Assembly (NCBI GenBank): GCA_036679065.1
Contig: JAZIGN010000003.1
Span: 256,001-320,000, forward strand
Reading direction: 5' to 3'
DNA from: Coprothermobacterota bacterium
GTDB lineage: Bacteria; Coprothermobacterota; Coprothermobacteria; Coprothermobacterales; Coprothermobacteraceae
Length of the DNA: 64,000 nucleotides
Positions 29,141-39,557 of this stretch are shown one piece after another (positions within the stretch are counted from its first letter, which is position 1; every line of letters starts with the position of its first letter). The notes below the pieces were generated by a model. It had not been told where the DNA came from. It saw only the letters and a program-made list of their open reading frames with translations, and did no database searches. A program made the position numbers and the translations under genes.

Positions 29141-30208
29141 CCTGTCGGCATCAGATTGGTAGCCGCATCTTGTGCATTTAAACCAGCCCTGAGTCTTGCG
29201 GTTGTAGCGGGAAACATTCCCGCACCGCGGACAGGTCTTGGAAGTCTCCTTGGGGTCGACGTAGATTACGGGCACCCCGGCAAGGGCGGCCTTGTATCCG
29301 ATGAATGAAGCCAGCTCCCGAAAGTTCCAACCCGACATCATGCGGTTGAACTTCTTGGAGCCTTTGGCCCGTTCACGAATACCCAGCAGGTTCTCCAGGG
29401 CAATGGCTTTACCTTCAGCTTTTGCTATTTCCACAATACGTTTGGAAATACAGTGGTTGATATACCGCATCCATCTTTGTTCACGACCCGATTCCTTCTT
29501 GACGCGGGAAAGCCTGCCTGCTTGCTGAAGTGCTTTACGCCGCTCTGCCCAACGTTCTTTTCGCCACCTCACCTGTCGTCCGTCGAAGAATACGTTGTTG
29601 GACAATACAGCAAGTTTTACGATGCCGAAGTCGACCCCGATTACGCCGCACGGCTCGTTGAGACATGTTTCGTAGACGAGGGATATGGCTGCGTACCACT
29701 CGCCGCTTTTGTCTCGCCATATCTCCACAGACCCTTGACGGCAGGAACCTCCTGCCAGATCCTGGAGCCTTTTGGCGTGGTATGTGGAAGCGGCAAGGGG
29801 TACGGCTATCTGGCTCCTACCGGAGGAAACGGGGAATTTGATGACCCACGTGCCGGAGGGAAGTTGGTGGAGGGAGTAGCAGTCCTGCCGCACCATTACC
29901 GGAACCGTTTTCTCAAATTTGGGCAGGCTGGCCTTTTTGCCCCTTTGTTTGCGGGAAAGGTAGGAGCGCCTGACGGACAGCGCTTTGAGCATGGCGCACT
30001 GGAGCGTGCCCCGGTTGAGGTCGAATAACTCACATGCCTGCCGGTAGGTTTCACGGTTTAAATGTGCCCGGCTGGTAGTATTCAAAGCTTCGGCCTTCTC
30101 CAGGAACCAGAAGCACGCTTGGCGGTAGATTTCCAGCATGCGGGTCATCTTCTCCAGCTTGCCCTTGTTGGGAGGCAGAAGCTTTATTTTGAGGGTTACC
30201 GTCTGCAA
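29090..30208 (-). CDS. tnpB: RNA-guided endonuclease TnpB
   Basis: RuvC GVDFG / ALENL / DADRVGALNI residues intact; CPRC...CTRC zinc finger; GGAGGAG RBS. Confidence 0.95.
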   Translation of the reverse strand: MQTVTLKIKLLPPNKGKLEKMTRMLEIYRQACFWFLEKAEALNTTSRAHLNRETYRQACELFDLNRGTLQCAMLKALSVRRSYLSRKQRGKKASLPKFEKTVPVMVRQDCYSLHQLPSGTWVIKFPVSSGRSQIAVPLAASTYHAKRLQDLAGGSCRQGSVEIWRDKSGEWYAAISLVYETCLNEPCGVIGVDFGIVKLAVLSNNVFFDGRQVRWRKERWAERRKALQQAGRLSRVKKESGREQRWMRYINHCISKRIVEIAKAEGKAIALENLLGIRERAKGSKKFNRMMSGWNFRELASFIGYKAALAGVPVIYVDPKETSKTCPRCGNVSRYNRKTQGWFKCTRCGYQSDADRVGALNIAAKALDALGA

Positions 30209-30320
30209 TCAACATCTCCTCCGGTCTGCTTAAATTATAGCACGGCCGGAGAGAAAAACCAAGCCGCCATTCATCCCCCGATTAAAAATCGGGGGCATTC
30301 TGGCGGGGCTTTTGTAAAAA

Positions 30321-30578
30321 TCATTCATCTAAGTTAATGCCGTGATTTTTCGCATATTTCTCTATGTTCGTGGTCTTACCGGCTTCATACTCTTCCATGG
30401 CCTGCTCAGCTAAAATATCGAACGGATTAATTGCTGGTGCTAGAATTATCACTCTTTCTCCCCTTATAAACTTGACGAAAAAAGGAGTTCCCTCTTTTAC
30501 GTTCAATTCGTCTCGTATTGCTTTCGGAAGAGAGATACGTCCTTTTGCGTCTGTTTTTACGATTCTCTCGTGAGTCAT
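30321..30578 (-). CDS. AbrB/MazE-family antitoxin
   Basis: KTDAKGRISLPKAIRDELNVKEG; AGGAGAGG RBS; its stop overlaps the original relE start (ATGAATGA). Confidence 0.9.
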   Translation of the reverse strand: MTHERIVKTDAKGRISLPKAIRDELNVKEGTPFFVKFIRGERVIILAPAINPFDILAEQAMEEYEAGKTTNIEKYAKNHGINLDE

Positions 30579-30596
30579 TTTCTTCCTCTCCTTTTT

Positions 30597-30611
30597 GTGG
30601 GAAATTCCCAC
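30597..30611. promoter_or_regulatory. Palindromic operator of the AbrB-RelE operon
   Basis: GTGGGAA-A-TTCCCAC between a minus-strand TGTATAAT -10 and the RBS. Confidence 0.55.
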
Positions 30612-30920
30612 ATTCATTATACACCTATTTTGGTTAGTATGGCAGTTTTCTTTCTTCGCTGCCTATCAACTTAAAACAGCGGCAACCACCTTAGGATTTA
30701 TCAATATCGTATCTGCAAAATTAATTGGCACTTTCTGCCGATTTTGGTCCATTAATATATCCAATCTTCGTCAGCAAGTCCTCTTCATAAATAGTTTCCC
30801 GCACTGTTATTTCCTTGTGTTCTTCGGGCTACACCAAGTTTGTTTACATTCCTGTCACAATCTCAGTAGAATGGCACTTTTTAAGCAGCTTCACGGGTTG
30901 TTAGTGACAAAGAGTGGCAT

Positions 30921-31103
30921 ATGAGCGATATACTTAGCAACGTACTTAAAGATTTTACAAATCCATCTAGTATAACTGACTTACACTTTTCTGTAGGGCA
31001 GCCTCCTACAGCTCGCACAAATGGATTTCTCACGGCCCTTCAAAAGATTCCACCTCAGACTGTGCCCATGGTTGTTGGTGCTCTAAAACATTTTGAGATC
31101 ATT
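30921..31103 (+). pseudogene. Possible N-terminal fragment of a PilT-like ATPase
   Basis: ITDLHFSVGQPPTARTNGFL resembles PilT SDLH..VG.PP..R..G.L; no ATPase domain follows. Confidence 0.4.
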
Positions 31104-31999
31104 TACTCCAACCATGTAATCAAGCTTTCTGTTATCAAAGCTATAGCCACAACAAGGTGCCAACCGGTTAATGTGAAGAATGGAATTACTGTTCCTAGCA
31201 AACTAAAAACTACAAGGAGGAAGTTTAGCACCCTAAGCACAATGTACTGCGAAGGACTTGTAGACTTGTACACGCGTGCTTGCAGGAGTCCTCTAACAGC
31301 GTAAACAATGAACCAAATGCTGAATGGTATGCTTCCTACGTCGAGACTTATAGCATGAAAAGTTCCCAGGAGCAAGACAATTCCAAATAGTATGCCCATT
31401 ATGCCAGCAACTATGTTGAAAGCCAATGTCTTGTACTTAAGAGGCAAGAGAATACCGGTAGCTAATGCCGACGTGCCTACCGCTATAGGCAGGATTGCAA
31501 AAGAAATGCCCCGTGAACTTACAAGTTGTGCGAGGATATATATCCCCATAAACAACGCAATAGTTCCAACTATACTGCTTCCCCAATCAAGATAGTGTTT
31601 AGTGTTCATCGCTTTTCTTATGGCTGAGAATATCCAGTATGGCAAAACTATCATTACAAATAGACCAAGAAACCAAAAAATGATCTCGAAAACGTAGTAA
31701 ATTACAGGATGGGCGACAAGGAAGATACCTAAAGCCTCGCCAGGCCAGGAACCATATCCAAAGAGCCATATTATGACACCAATTGTCCAAGTGATTATGT
31801 CCAAACCTATGGCTAGCGGCAGACCAAGCGGTGCGAGAAACTGATCGCTAGTTAAGATAGAAAATGTCTGACTTTTTATTTTAGAAGGAATACTTGCATA
31901 TTTAGGTGGCCCGCCTTGGAGAAAAACGATTATGATTGAAGCCAGGAAAATAATTCCGATAACCAACGCTACAGTTTGTATTCTTTTCTTCGGTTTCAT
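31103..31999 (-). CDS. Hypothetical multi-pass membrane protein
   Basis: About 8-9 hydrophobic segments; AAGGGG RBS before ATG 31999. Confidence 0.75.
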   Translation of the reverse strand: MKPKKRIQTVALVIGIIFLASIIIVFLQGGPPKYASIPSKIKSQTFSILTSDQFLAPLGLPLAIGLDIITWTIGVIIWLFGYGSWPGEALGIFLVAHPVIYYVFEIIFWFLGLFVMIVLPYWIFSAIRKAMNTKHYLDWGSSIVGTIALFMGIYILAQLVSSRGISFAILPIAVGTSALATGILLPLKYKTLAFNIVAGIMGILFGIVLLLGTFHAISLDVGSIPFSIWFIVYAVRGLLQARVYKSTSPSQYIVLRVLNFLLVVFSLLGTVIPFFTLTGWHLVVAIALITESLITWLE

Positions 32000-32197
32000 A
32001 GTACGTGCCCCCTTTGTGGACAATTGTAACACAACGGTGGTAAGTAACAGCAGAGAAGATAAGCTTTTAATGTGGATGCAACAAAAAGTTCGCTTTACGG
32101 GTGCACTGACAAGGAGTGTACACAGTGAATTTCAAGAGTGGTTATGGAGTGCAGGCGTTCCTTTTCAGTCCTGCACTCCATGGTGTTCTAACTGTTA

Positions 32198-33550
32198 TTA
32201 AGCCCACTCAAATCGAGCTAAGAAGTGCCTTAAAACGGGCGGTTCGTAGGTAATCTTCACGCCGCGGACCTGGTCACGGCGCTTGCTTATGTTACTGAGG
32301 CACTCTGCCACATATGCCATGTGATTGTCGGTGTAAACTCGGCGTGGTATGGTAAGCCGCACCAGTTCGGTTGGCGCTTGCCTGCCCATGAGCAGACTTC
32401 CGATCTCCACGGCGCGCACACCACCTTCCAAATACAGTTCTGCTGTTAGGGCAACGCCGGGGAAACTGTCCCAGGACAAATGTGGGAGCATTTTACCTGC
32501 ATCCACGAACACGGCATGCCCTCCAACAGGTGTTTGGATGGGAATGCCAGCTTCGGTGAGCAGTTGACCCAAGTACTGGACTTGGTTGATGCGGGACTGG
32601 AGGTAATCGAAGCTGAGTACTTCCCTGAGTCCTCTGGAGATTGCTTCCAAATCTCTGCCTGCCAATCCACCGTAGGTGGGAAAGCCCTCATACACAATGA
32701 CCAGTTCTCGAAGCCTCATGTAAAGTTCTTCATCGTCCTTTATGCCGATCATACCGCCAATATTTACCAAAGCGTCCTTCTTGGCGCTGAAAGTGAAGCC
32801 GTCAGCGTAACTGAACATTTCGTGCACGATTTCTGGTATGCTCTTATCCTTATAGCCCTCTTCGCGGGTCTTTATGAAGTAGGCATTTTCTGCAAAACGT
32901 GCAGCATCGATGAATACTCTGATGCCATAGCGCCTGCACATTTCTGATACTTGCCTTATGTTCTCCATGGACACGGGCTGACCGCCCACGGTGTTGCATG
33001 TGACAGTGATGAGCATGAAAGCAATACTGTCTGTGCCATGCTCCTTTATGAAGTTCTCTAACTTCTGAAGGTCAATGTTTCCTTTGAACGGATGGTAAGT
33101 CGAAGTTTCGTACGCCTCGTCAATAACCAGATTTACCGGCTTACCACCTTTCAGGGTTATATGAGCCTCGGTGGTATCAAAATGTACATTCCCAAGCACA
33201 TACTGCCCAGGTTTTACCAGTATGCTGAACAGCAGATTCTCTGCCCCCCTGCCTTGGTGTGTGGGCACAATGTACTTGTAGCCAAAAACTTCCTGAGCTG
33301 TGTCCTGCAGGTGGTAAAAATTCTTGCATCCCGCATAGGATTCGTCGCCCAGCATGAGTCCCGCCCATTGGTTGTCGCTCATGGCATTGGTTCCACTATC
33401 CGTAAGCAGGTCAATGAAAACATCTTCTGCTTTCAAAGAAAACACATTCAACCCGGCTTCGCTGAGCTTCTTTTCTCTTTCTTCTCTGGGAAGAAGGCGT
33501 ATGGGCTCCACCATTTTGATTCGGTAAGGTTCCGGCATGCGCATGCTCAT
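32198..33550 (-). CDS. tnaA: Tryptophanase
   Basis: [24 protein letters not shown] (PLP lysine); HFDTT and LRHF favour tryptophanase over tyrosine phenol-lyase (FTTT, LRFF). Confidence 0.88.
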   Translation of the reverse strand: MSMRMPEPYRIKMVEPIRLLPREEREKKLSEAGLNVFSLKAEDVFIDLLTDSGTNAMSDNQWAGLMLGDESYAGCKNFYHLQDTAQEVFGYKYIVPTHQGRGAENLLFSILVKPGQYVLGNVHFDTTEAHITLKGGKPVNLVIDEAYETSTYHPFKGNIDLQKLENFIKEHGTDSIAFMLITVTCNTVGGQPVSMENIRQVSEMCRRYGIRVFIDAARFAENAYFIKTREEGYKDKSIPEIVHEMFSYADGFTFSAKKDALVNIGGMIGIKDDEELYMRLRELVIVYEGFPTYGGLAGRDLEAISRGLREVLSFDYLQSRINQVQYLGQLLTEAGIPIQTPVGGHAVFVDAGKMLPHLSWDSFPGVALTAELYLEGGVRAVEIGSLLMGRQAPTELVRLTIPRRVYTDNHMAYVAECLSNISKRRDQVRGVKITYEPPVLRHFLARFEWA

Positions 33551-33657
33551 GTTTCCTCCTTTCAACTACTTACGTTGTTTATTTTAACCGAAAGCCAATG
33601 TTATGGTTGTGTTAAAATTAACAGCGAGGCCAAACACAGGGAAGATAGGGAAGGGGC

Positions 33658-33699
33658 ACTCCGACCCTCCTGCTTGAGCAAAGCAAGGAAGGTCGGAGT
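33658..33699. terminator. Strong hairpin between msrBA and tnaA
   Basis: ACTCCGACC...GGTCGGAGT stem. Confidence 0.5.
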
Positions 33700-33721
33700 T
33701 TTGATCATTTAGTGCTGTTGT

Positions 33722-34624
33722 TTAGTCCAGGGATATGGTGATGTCTTTGTCTTTGTTAAAAATGGTTCTTCTGTAGTGGCAATAGGGTGTTTTGCCTGTT
33801 TTGTCGTAATAATCCTGATGGTAATCCTCAGCAGGCCAAAACGTTGATGCTTTTTCTATGCGGGTTGCCACTTTGTACTTTTCAGATAGGAGTGCTTTTA
33901 TTTTCTCCGCTTTTTGTTTTTGCTCATCACTGGTGTAGAAAATGACGCTGCGGTACTGTTCACCCCAGTCAGGACCCTGCCTGTTCACCTGGGTAAAATC
34001 GTGTATTTCGAAAAAGTACTTGATAAGGTCTTCCACGTCCACTTTTGTGTCATAAACAACGCGGACTGTTTCAGCGTGTCCCGTGGTGCCGGTGCACACC
34101 TCTTCGTAAGTGGGGTGCTCAGTGTGACCATCCATGAAGCCCACCTGCGTGTCTAAAACGCCTTCACACTGCTTAAAAAGATGTTCAACACCCCAGAAAC
34201 AACCTGCTGCAAAGAATATCTGTTCCTTTTCCGGTCTTTGACCCTTGGGTAGGAATCTTAAGGAAACCGAGTTCACACAGTGCCTGGTGTTCTTCTCAGT
34301 GAATCCCTCACCTGTGAAAACGTGGCCCAAATGTGCCCCGCAGTAGCCACAAATGATTTCAGTCCTTACTCCGTCTTTGTCAGGTTGTCGAAGAACTGCT
34401 CCGGGCACTTCATCGTCAAAACTGGGCCAACCACATTCGGAATGGAACTTATCTTGGGAACGGTATAATGGCAAGCCGCAGTTCTTGCAGACGTAAGTGC
34501 CTTCTTCAAAGAAATCATAATACTCCCCGGTGAAAGGTGGTTCGGTAGCCTTCTCGAACATGACTTTTCTTTCCAGTTCGGAAAAATCTCTGCCCTCATC
34601 CACGCGTCTATACGCCTCCTTCAT
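33722..34624 (-). CDS. msrAB: Bifunctional methionine sulfoxide reductase MsrB-MsrA
   Basis: TEPPF, GWPSF, HLGHVF, RHCVNS (MsrB); GCFWG, GHAE, AEDYHQDY (MsrA). Confidence 0.95.
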   Translation of the reverse strand: MKEAYRRVDEGRDFSELERKVMFEKATEPPFTGEYYDFFEEGTYVCKNCGLPLYRSQDKFHSECGWPSFDDEVPGAVLRQPDKDGVRTEIICGYCGAHLGHVFTGEGFTEKNTRHCVNSVSLRFLPKGQRPEKEQIFFAAGCFWGVEHLFKQCEGVLDTQVGFMDGHTEHPTYEEVCTGTTGHAETVRVVYDTKVDVEDLIKYFFEIHDFTQVNRQGPDWGEQYRSVIFYTSDEQKQKAEKIKALLSEKYKVATRIEKASTFWPAEDYHQDYYDKTGKTPYCHYRRTIFNKDKDITISLD

Positions 34625-34777
34625 TTGGGCTAAAGAACTTCACTTTTGAAACATGCAATTTATTCACCTCAACTTTACCATACTATATAACCACTTTACT
34701 CTATTCTCTATTGTGGGTCACAGGGTCACATCAAGATGCGAGGTGGGTATACCATTTTATAGTAAGGCGGTGATTAC

Positions 34778-35743
34778 GTGAAAGGTAAAGCAGTTTTAGT
34801 GGCGTTGGTTGTTTTGGCTGTGTTGATTGGTGCCTTTGCTCTGGGTTCGTTTTTTGGCGAGGCACCGAAACCTTCTCCTTATAATGGGACAGTAGGAGAA
34901 AACAGCCCCACTACAACGACCCCAGTACCTTCTTCACCTTCAATACCTGAAGAAGAGACTCCTTCAGAGCCCGTTACGGGCACCAGCGAAGAAGCTTCAT
35001 CACCAGCCACTGTAGCAGTGGAAGTGAGCAAGTTGGAAGCAATTTGTCCGCGATCCTTGGATAACACCAAATACGGATGGGGCATGAGAATACTACCCAA
35101 CCACCAAACACCTGATATTGGAGCTAAGGCAAAAGAGCTGTTAGATAAATACCATGCCATTTTTACAGGGAATACCAGCGAAAAAGTGGTTTACCTCACC
35201 TTTGATGAGGGATACGAAGCAGGTAATACAGCAAGAATATTGGATATCCTAAAAAGCAATGATGTTAAGGCTGCGTTTTTCATAACGGGAGCGTTCATAA
35301 AGAGTGAACCGAACTTGGTTCAGCGCATGGTGGATGAAGGGCACATCGTGGGGAACCACACAGTTAACCACGTAAGTTTGCCCACAGTCAGTGACGAGAA
35401 AGCTGCTGACGAAATAAACAGATTGGCGCAGATGTATTATGAATTAACACATCAAACAATGAAATACTTAAGACCTCCAAGCGGTGAGTACAGTGAGAGA
35501 TCTCTTTGCGTTACCGACGCCCTTGGTTATAGGACCGTATTTTGGAGCATTGCCATGGCAGACTGGGTACCTTTAAAAGGTGGACCAGATGAAGCCTATA
35601 ACACGGTAATGAACCGACTGCACAATGGTGCCGTTATCCTCTTGCATGCTGTATCATCCGATGACATTCAAATCCTTGATAAGCTTATAAAAGACATAAA
35701 GGCTGAAGGCTACCGCTTTGGCACCCTAGACGAGATACCGTAG
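34778..35743 (+). CDS. Polysaccharide deacetylase, PdaA-like
   Basis: YLTFDEGYE, GNHTVNH, LRPPSG, FWS, ILLH; N-terminal anchor and Pro/Thr linker. Confidence 0.9.
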   Translation: MKGKAVLVALVVLAVLIGAFALGSFFGEAPKPSPYNGTVGENSPTTTTPVPSSPSIPEEETPSEPVTGTSEEASSPATVAVEVSKLEAICPRSLDNTKYGWGMRILPNHQTPDIGAKAKELLDKYHAIFTGNTSEKVVYLTFDEGYEAGNTARILDILKSNDVKAAFFITGAFIKSEPNLVQRMVDEGHIVGNHTVNHVSLPTVSDEKAADEINRLAQMYYELTHQTMKYLRPPSGEYSERSLCVTDALGYRTVFWSIAMADWVPLKGGPDEAYNTVMNRLHNGAVILLHAVSSDDIQILDKLIKDIKAEGYRFGTLDEIP

Positions 35744-35767
35744 TAAATCAGAAATTGTTTATAGCGC

Positions 35768-35805
35768 GGCTCGGCAGAGAATTCATTCTTTGCCGAGCTT
35801 TTTTG
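35768..35805 (+). terminator. Rho-independent terminator (GCTCGGCA family)
   Basis: GCTCGGCAGAGA...TCTTTGCCGAGC-TTTTTT. Confidence 0.8.
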
Positions 35806-36078
35806 TACGAAACCGCTGAGAAGGTTAAGTCCTTTAGAGATGGGTTGGGATCACCCGCTCGTAGTTTCTGTTCTTGCTGACCTGTGTTATACTCGCCATT
35901 AGATGGGCTTCAGAGTGGGGAGCCTATAAAGGGGGTAATAGCGAGGGCGAGCGAAAGTGCTGGGTTTAAGAAGGTATTGTCAACAGCTGTGATTTTGCAG
36001 GTTTTTGTTATTTCTGTTGTTTGATTTCAATTCACAGAAAGAGTGAAATACAATTTGGGTTGACAAAAGGGAGGGGCT

Positions 36079-36639
36079 ATGGAAAAAAGAGGCGATTTTA
36101 AAGGAAGAATTACTTTCATAAATATGTTCTCCTTACTTGGCCTCAGTGCCTATGCAGCAGGAAAAGATCTGAATGCTTTTACCATTGCATTACAAATTGT
36201 AGAGTTATTATGTCTCACTTATTCTATTGTACTTTCTGGAAGAAATGATGATGTTGATAGATTACCTGTGGAAACTAGTGAATACAGAGCGATAGCAAAA
36301 GGCGACTTATTTATGACATTGCTCTTCTTTGCTGGTGTGGGAACTGCGTTTCTAATAGCTTATCTCAATGACAGAGGAATTATAGGTCCGTTAAATACCG
36401 TTGAGGTTTTCAGAAATTGCTTTGTGGGCTACGGGGCTACGACTATGATGTTCAACATATTTGCACTTTCTCTTTTATATAAGGAAAATACGAAAGCACT
36501 GGTGAATTTATTCTTCATCTGCGCTCTTGTCGGTTTTGTTTTAGTTTTGTTTCCAGACAACTTGATTGCGTATTTTGCATTCGCGGCGTTAATCGTTTAT
36601 TTATACGTTGTATATTCGCGCTACCAAGTTAAAATCTGA
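36079..36639 (+). CDS. Hypothetical membrane protein
   Basis: GGAGGGG RBS; about 6 TM helices. Confidence 0.7.
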   Translation: MEKRGDFKGRITFINMFSLLGLSAYAAGKDLNAFTIALQIVELLCLTYSIVLSGRNDDVDRLPVETSEYRAIAKGDLFMTLLFFAGVGTAFLIAYLNDRGIIGPLNTVEVFRNCFVGYGATTMMFNIFALSLLYKENTKALVNLFFICALVGFVLVLFPDNLIAYFAFAALIVYLYVVYSRYQVKI

Positions 36640-36957
36640 AAAGAAGGTATGATTAGTTCGTAACTGTGCACCTACTTCTGTCTTGACTTTGTCTACCTTC
36701 TCAAGGAGCAAATTAAAAATAACATGTTTTAAAGAGTACGTGAAGCAGCTGTGTTGCACCTTGCCACATTGGCGTAAAGAACAGTTGCTTAAAATTTTCC
36801 ACGAGAAACCAAAGCGACATATATGCGACTTAGTTGACTTACCTCGTTTTTTCCTGTTTCATGAAAAGTAGTCTCATTTTTAGAGTAGTCCCAAGTGTTT
36901 CTTATTGGTCATAGCTCTGTGATACAGGCATCTATCTTTTGCCGAGCTTTTTGTCTT

Positions 36958-37130
36958 TTACGGTGAATCCGGGACAATAACTTTGTCAGGTGTGTCTACG
37001 AAATAGCTATTAACCTGCTTTGCGTTTGCACCGTACATGCAAAGGCGCGAGGTTTTCACATTCTCTGGCATTGGTCTAATCATGGTGTAAGGCATTATCA
37101 GTGAAAATCCAGTTAAGTTGTCTGCCCAAC
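36958..37130 (-). pseudogene. 3' remnant of a family-A lipoprotein
   Basis: LTGFSLIMPYTMIRPMPENVKTSRLCMYGANAKQVNSYFVDTPDKVIVPDSP aligns with the C-terminus of 46676-47773. Confidence 0.75.
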
Positions 37131-37405
37131 TATAAAAGCCTACGATTGAGGAATAACAACTTGCAATGGCGTTTGAATGTTGTAGGCATTTGGTTGTTTG
37201 CCTGTGCATCATAGACACAAACTGTGCTTCGGCTTATATCCAGAGGAGTAATCAAAGTAAATCCCACAAGTTTTTCATAAAGGTGTGGTCCGTAGCTATT
37301 TTGGCTAATATTTCCTGTAAATTGCTAGTTGTGCATGGTGTTTGTCGTATTCCGAGGTGTATAATCGAGCTAATAAATGCATCTCTTGGGGGGGGTGTGA
37401 AAGAA

Positions 37406-38101
37406 GTGAAAAGCAATAAACTTACATCACTGATTCTGGTGTCCGTAATTTTATTTTCCTTTTGTTTGGCCTCTTGTAGTTCAGGTACTACAACTGCAAA
37501 TTCGATGCCTGCAACTAGTGTAATTGAGTTGTTTGAGAAAGCTGGAAAGGTCTTTGCAGAGTTGGACAGCACGGACGTAATTAGCGTTACTGTCACAGTA
37601 CGCAGCATCGAACAGGTAAAAGGGGACAAAGTGAGTCACTGGGACACGAGCTCCATTGAGCCTACAATGGTGATAGAACAGGACAATGGTTATTTAAGTG
37701 CGGAAGTTTGGATTGATGCTACATCGCAAAGTACATCAAGTAGCAATTGGGCAACGAGTTTTGCACAATCATGGCTTGAAAGAAACAAGTATTATCTAAC
37801 ACAAAGTCAGAAGGACGCTGTAGAAAATTGGATCAAGGACAATGCAACGAAAATCTGTCCCAAAGACGATCCACTGTGTGTAAAGAGAACTACAACGGGC
37901 TCTTGGGGCTACAAACTGTATAGTCCTTCTTTGGTAGATGCACAGAAAGGCAATTTTGACGTGTGGTTTTGGACAGATTTGGACAAGGCACCTGAAGGTG
38001 AAATTACAAATTGGGAGCCTACAATCTTGGTCCACTGGGGGTTAATCCCTGAGGAAGTACATAAAGAACTGTTTGAACTTGTTTCCCAAACAACTCCTTA
38101 A
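37406..38101 (+). CDS. Family-B lipoprotein
   Basis: Lipobox LASC; WLERNKYYLT, YKLYSPSL and WFWTDLD shared with 41261-41971 and 44343-45012. Confidence 0.8.
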   Translation: MKSNKLTSLILVSVILFSFCLASCSSGTTTANSMPATSVIELFEKAGKVFAELDSTDVISVTVTVRSIEQVKGDKVSHWDTSSIEPTMVIEQDNGYLSAEVWIDATSQSTSSSNWATSFAQSWLERNKYYLTQSQKDAVENWIKDNATKICPKDDPLCVKRTTTGSWGYKLYSPSLVDAQKGNFDVWFWTDLDKAPEGEITNWEPTILVHWGLIPEEVHKELFELVSQTTP

Positions 38102-38135
38102 TACTGTGCTGATTGAAAGGTTTTTGGGAAGTGTG

Positions 38136-38166
38136 GGCTCGGCAGATCTCTGCCGAGCCATTTTGC
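38136..38166. terminator. Terminator hairpin (GCTCGGCA family) between convergent genes
   Basis: GGCTCGGCAGA-TC-TCTGCCGAGCC-ATTTT. Confidence 0.75.
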
Positions 38167-38167
38167 T

Positions 38168-38335
38168 TTATGGTGAATCCGGTACAATAACTTGAACTGG
38201 TGTTTCTATGGGATAATTTTTGAGCTGTTTAGCATTGCAGCTAAGAAGAATATCGCGTGTTATGGCTAACTCTGTCAGCTTAGCACGGTTATGGTTTATG
38301 AAATCAAGAATTACAAACGCGGCTGCTGACCCTAC
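38168..38335 (-). pseudogene. 3' remnant of a family-A lipoprotein (absent from the ORF track)
   Basis: Minus frame reads AAAFVILDFINHNRAKLTELAITRDILLSCNAKQLKNYPIETPVQVIVPDSP*. Confidence 0.7.
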
Positions 38336-38403
38336 TCAGGGCTAAGATAAAGGGTTCATGGCACCAGCTCTGATAGCTGACACTTTGAACCTTTTCAGGA
38401 CTG

Positions 38404-39546
38404 TCATTTAAGATCAGGAGACCAACCAGCTGGTGTTGTTCTGTAGTTTACTAGCATTATGTTTTCACCATGCCATGTAGGTGTAAATGACCATTGGTTG
38501 AAGTTCTTGACGTTGAGTATGCCGATGTTATACACAGGATTTCCATTCTTGTAACTCATAAAATTGTAGATGAGGTAATCCTCATTTATGAAAAGCACCG
38601 AATCGAATGTCACAGCCTTATCACTGTTAGGAATTTCATAGATTTTAGTAAACTTGCCATCTTCTCCTTGCTTCACTACGACAATCTCATTTATCGCGGA
38701 ATCCCAAGTGCTTTTTATTGGAGATACTTGTGTGATGAAAGCATAAATGTCTTTTCCATTGTAGTCCAAGTCTTGTCTGGGAGGAGAAGGAAGATTGTTT
38801 ATCTCTGCGGGGTATGACACCGTAGAAGTGATCTTTAAGGTATGTTTGTCCAGTGACGCAATTTGATAAGGATAAGTTGGCGAGTAGATAACTGTGGCGT
38901 TCTCCTCGTTAGAGAAATAGAACTGCGACTTATTTTCTTTTACCCATCCTACTACCTTTATTTCATTACCAATTGCAGAAGGTGCAATAGAAAAGAAAGA
39001 TGGAATAGCATCACTTGGCGGCGCAAAGATATCGCTCCATTTGAACTCTTTCAATAGTTTTTTCTCCTTTGTGTTCCATACCTGCAAAACATCGGGCAAA
39101 CCTGGTGAATGTGGTGCATGGTACAAGAAAAGTTCATTCTGATTTAGCCAAATTAGATCGTACTCTTCACCTGGTGTTTTAGTTAGATCCTCTATGTGTC
39201 CTGTATTGAGATTCACCAGCGAAGTTATTTTAGCATCCATTTGATAGTTCCAATAGGCAACCGCCAACGTCTTGACATCAGGCGACAAAGCAGCCTCAGG
39301 CCTTGCTCCTCGCAATCCATGCCATAAAAGATGGAGCTCAGGAGCTTCTTTATTAATTAACTTTTGTACATCCCAAATGAAAACGGCCGCCTCGCGCTGC
39401 CCTGATTTTTCCTCTGAAATTACGGTGGTACATAGTATCCATTCATGCTCTGCAGATCTATGCGCCACTGGACTGGCGCAGCTTATACACAGCACTAAAG
39501 CTACTGTGACTAAAATTTTATACGTAGTTTTGAACATTGCCCTCAT
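38404..39546 (-). CDS. Predicted lipoprotein, possible beta-propeller
   Basis: Signal peptide ending LCISC; ALSPDVKTLAV, LVNLNTG and VWNTKEKK propeller-like blades; start 39546 or 39537. Confidence 0.7.
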   Translation of the reverse strand: MRAMFKTTYKILVTVALVLCISCASPVAHRSAEHEWILCTTVISEEKSGQREAAVFIWDVQKLINKEAPELHLLWHGLRGARPEAALSPDVKTLAVAYWNYQMDAKITSLVNLNTGHIEDLTKTPGEEYDLIWLNQNELFLYHAPHSPGLPDVLQVWNTKEKKLLKEFKWSDIFAPPSDAIPSFFSIAPSAIGNEIKVVGWVKENKSQFYFSNEENATVIYSPTYPYQIASLDKHTLKITSTVSYPAEINNLPSPPRQDLDYNGKDIYAFITQVSPIKSTWDSAINEIVVVKQGEDGKFTKIYEIPNSDKAVTFDSVLFINEDYLIYNFMSYKNGNPVYNIGILNVKNFNQWSFTPTWHGENIMLVNYRTTPAGWSPDLK

Positions 39547-39557
39547 AGCTTCGTGTT

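Larger units (their letters stand above)
28951..30313 (-). mobile_element. IS200/IS605-family (IS1341-like, TnpB-only) insertion sequence
   Basis: Left-end hairpin 30275-30295, right-end hairpin 28961-28980, right end TCAC, 5' flank TTTAC; removal restores the relE frame; no tnpA (boundary uncertain by a few nt owing to ACAA microhomology). Confidence 0.9.

Noticed and set aside
28951..30313. IStron (self-splicing intron-IS hybrid) that would restore relE at the RNA level
   Set aside because: Only about 105 nt precede tnpB, too short for a group I intron core, and no such motifs were seen
37166..37405. 80-aa N-terminal extension of the family-B lipoprotein
   Set aside because: Covers a TGTATAAT promoter and G-rich RBS; the lipoprotein signal starts at 37406
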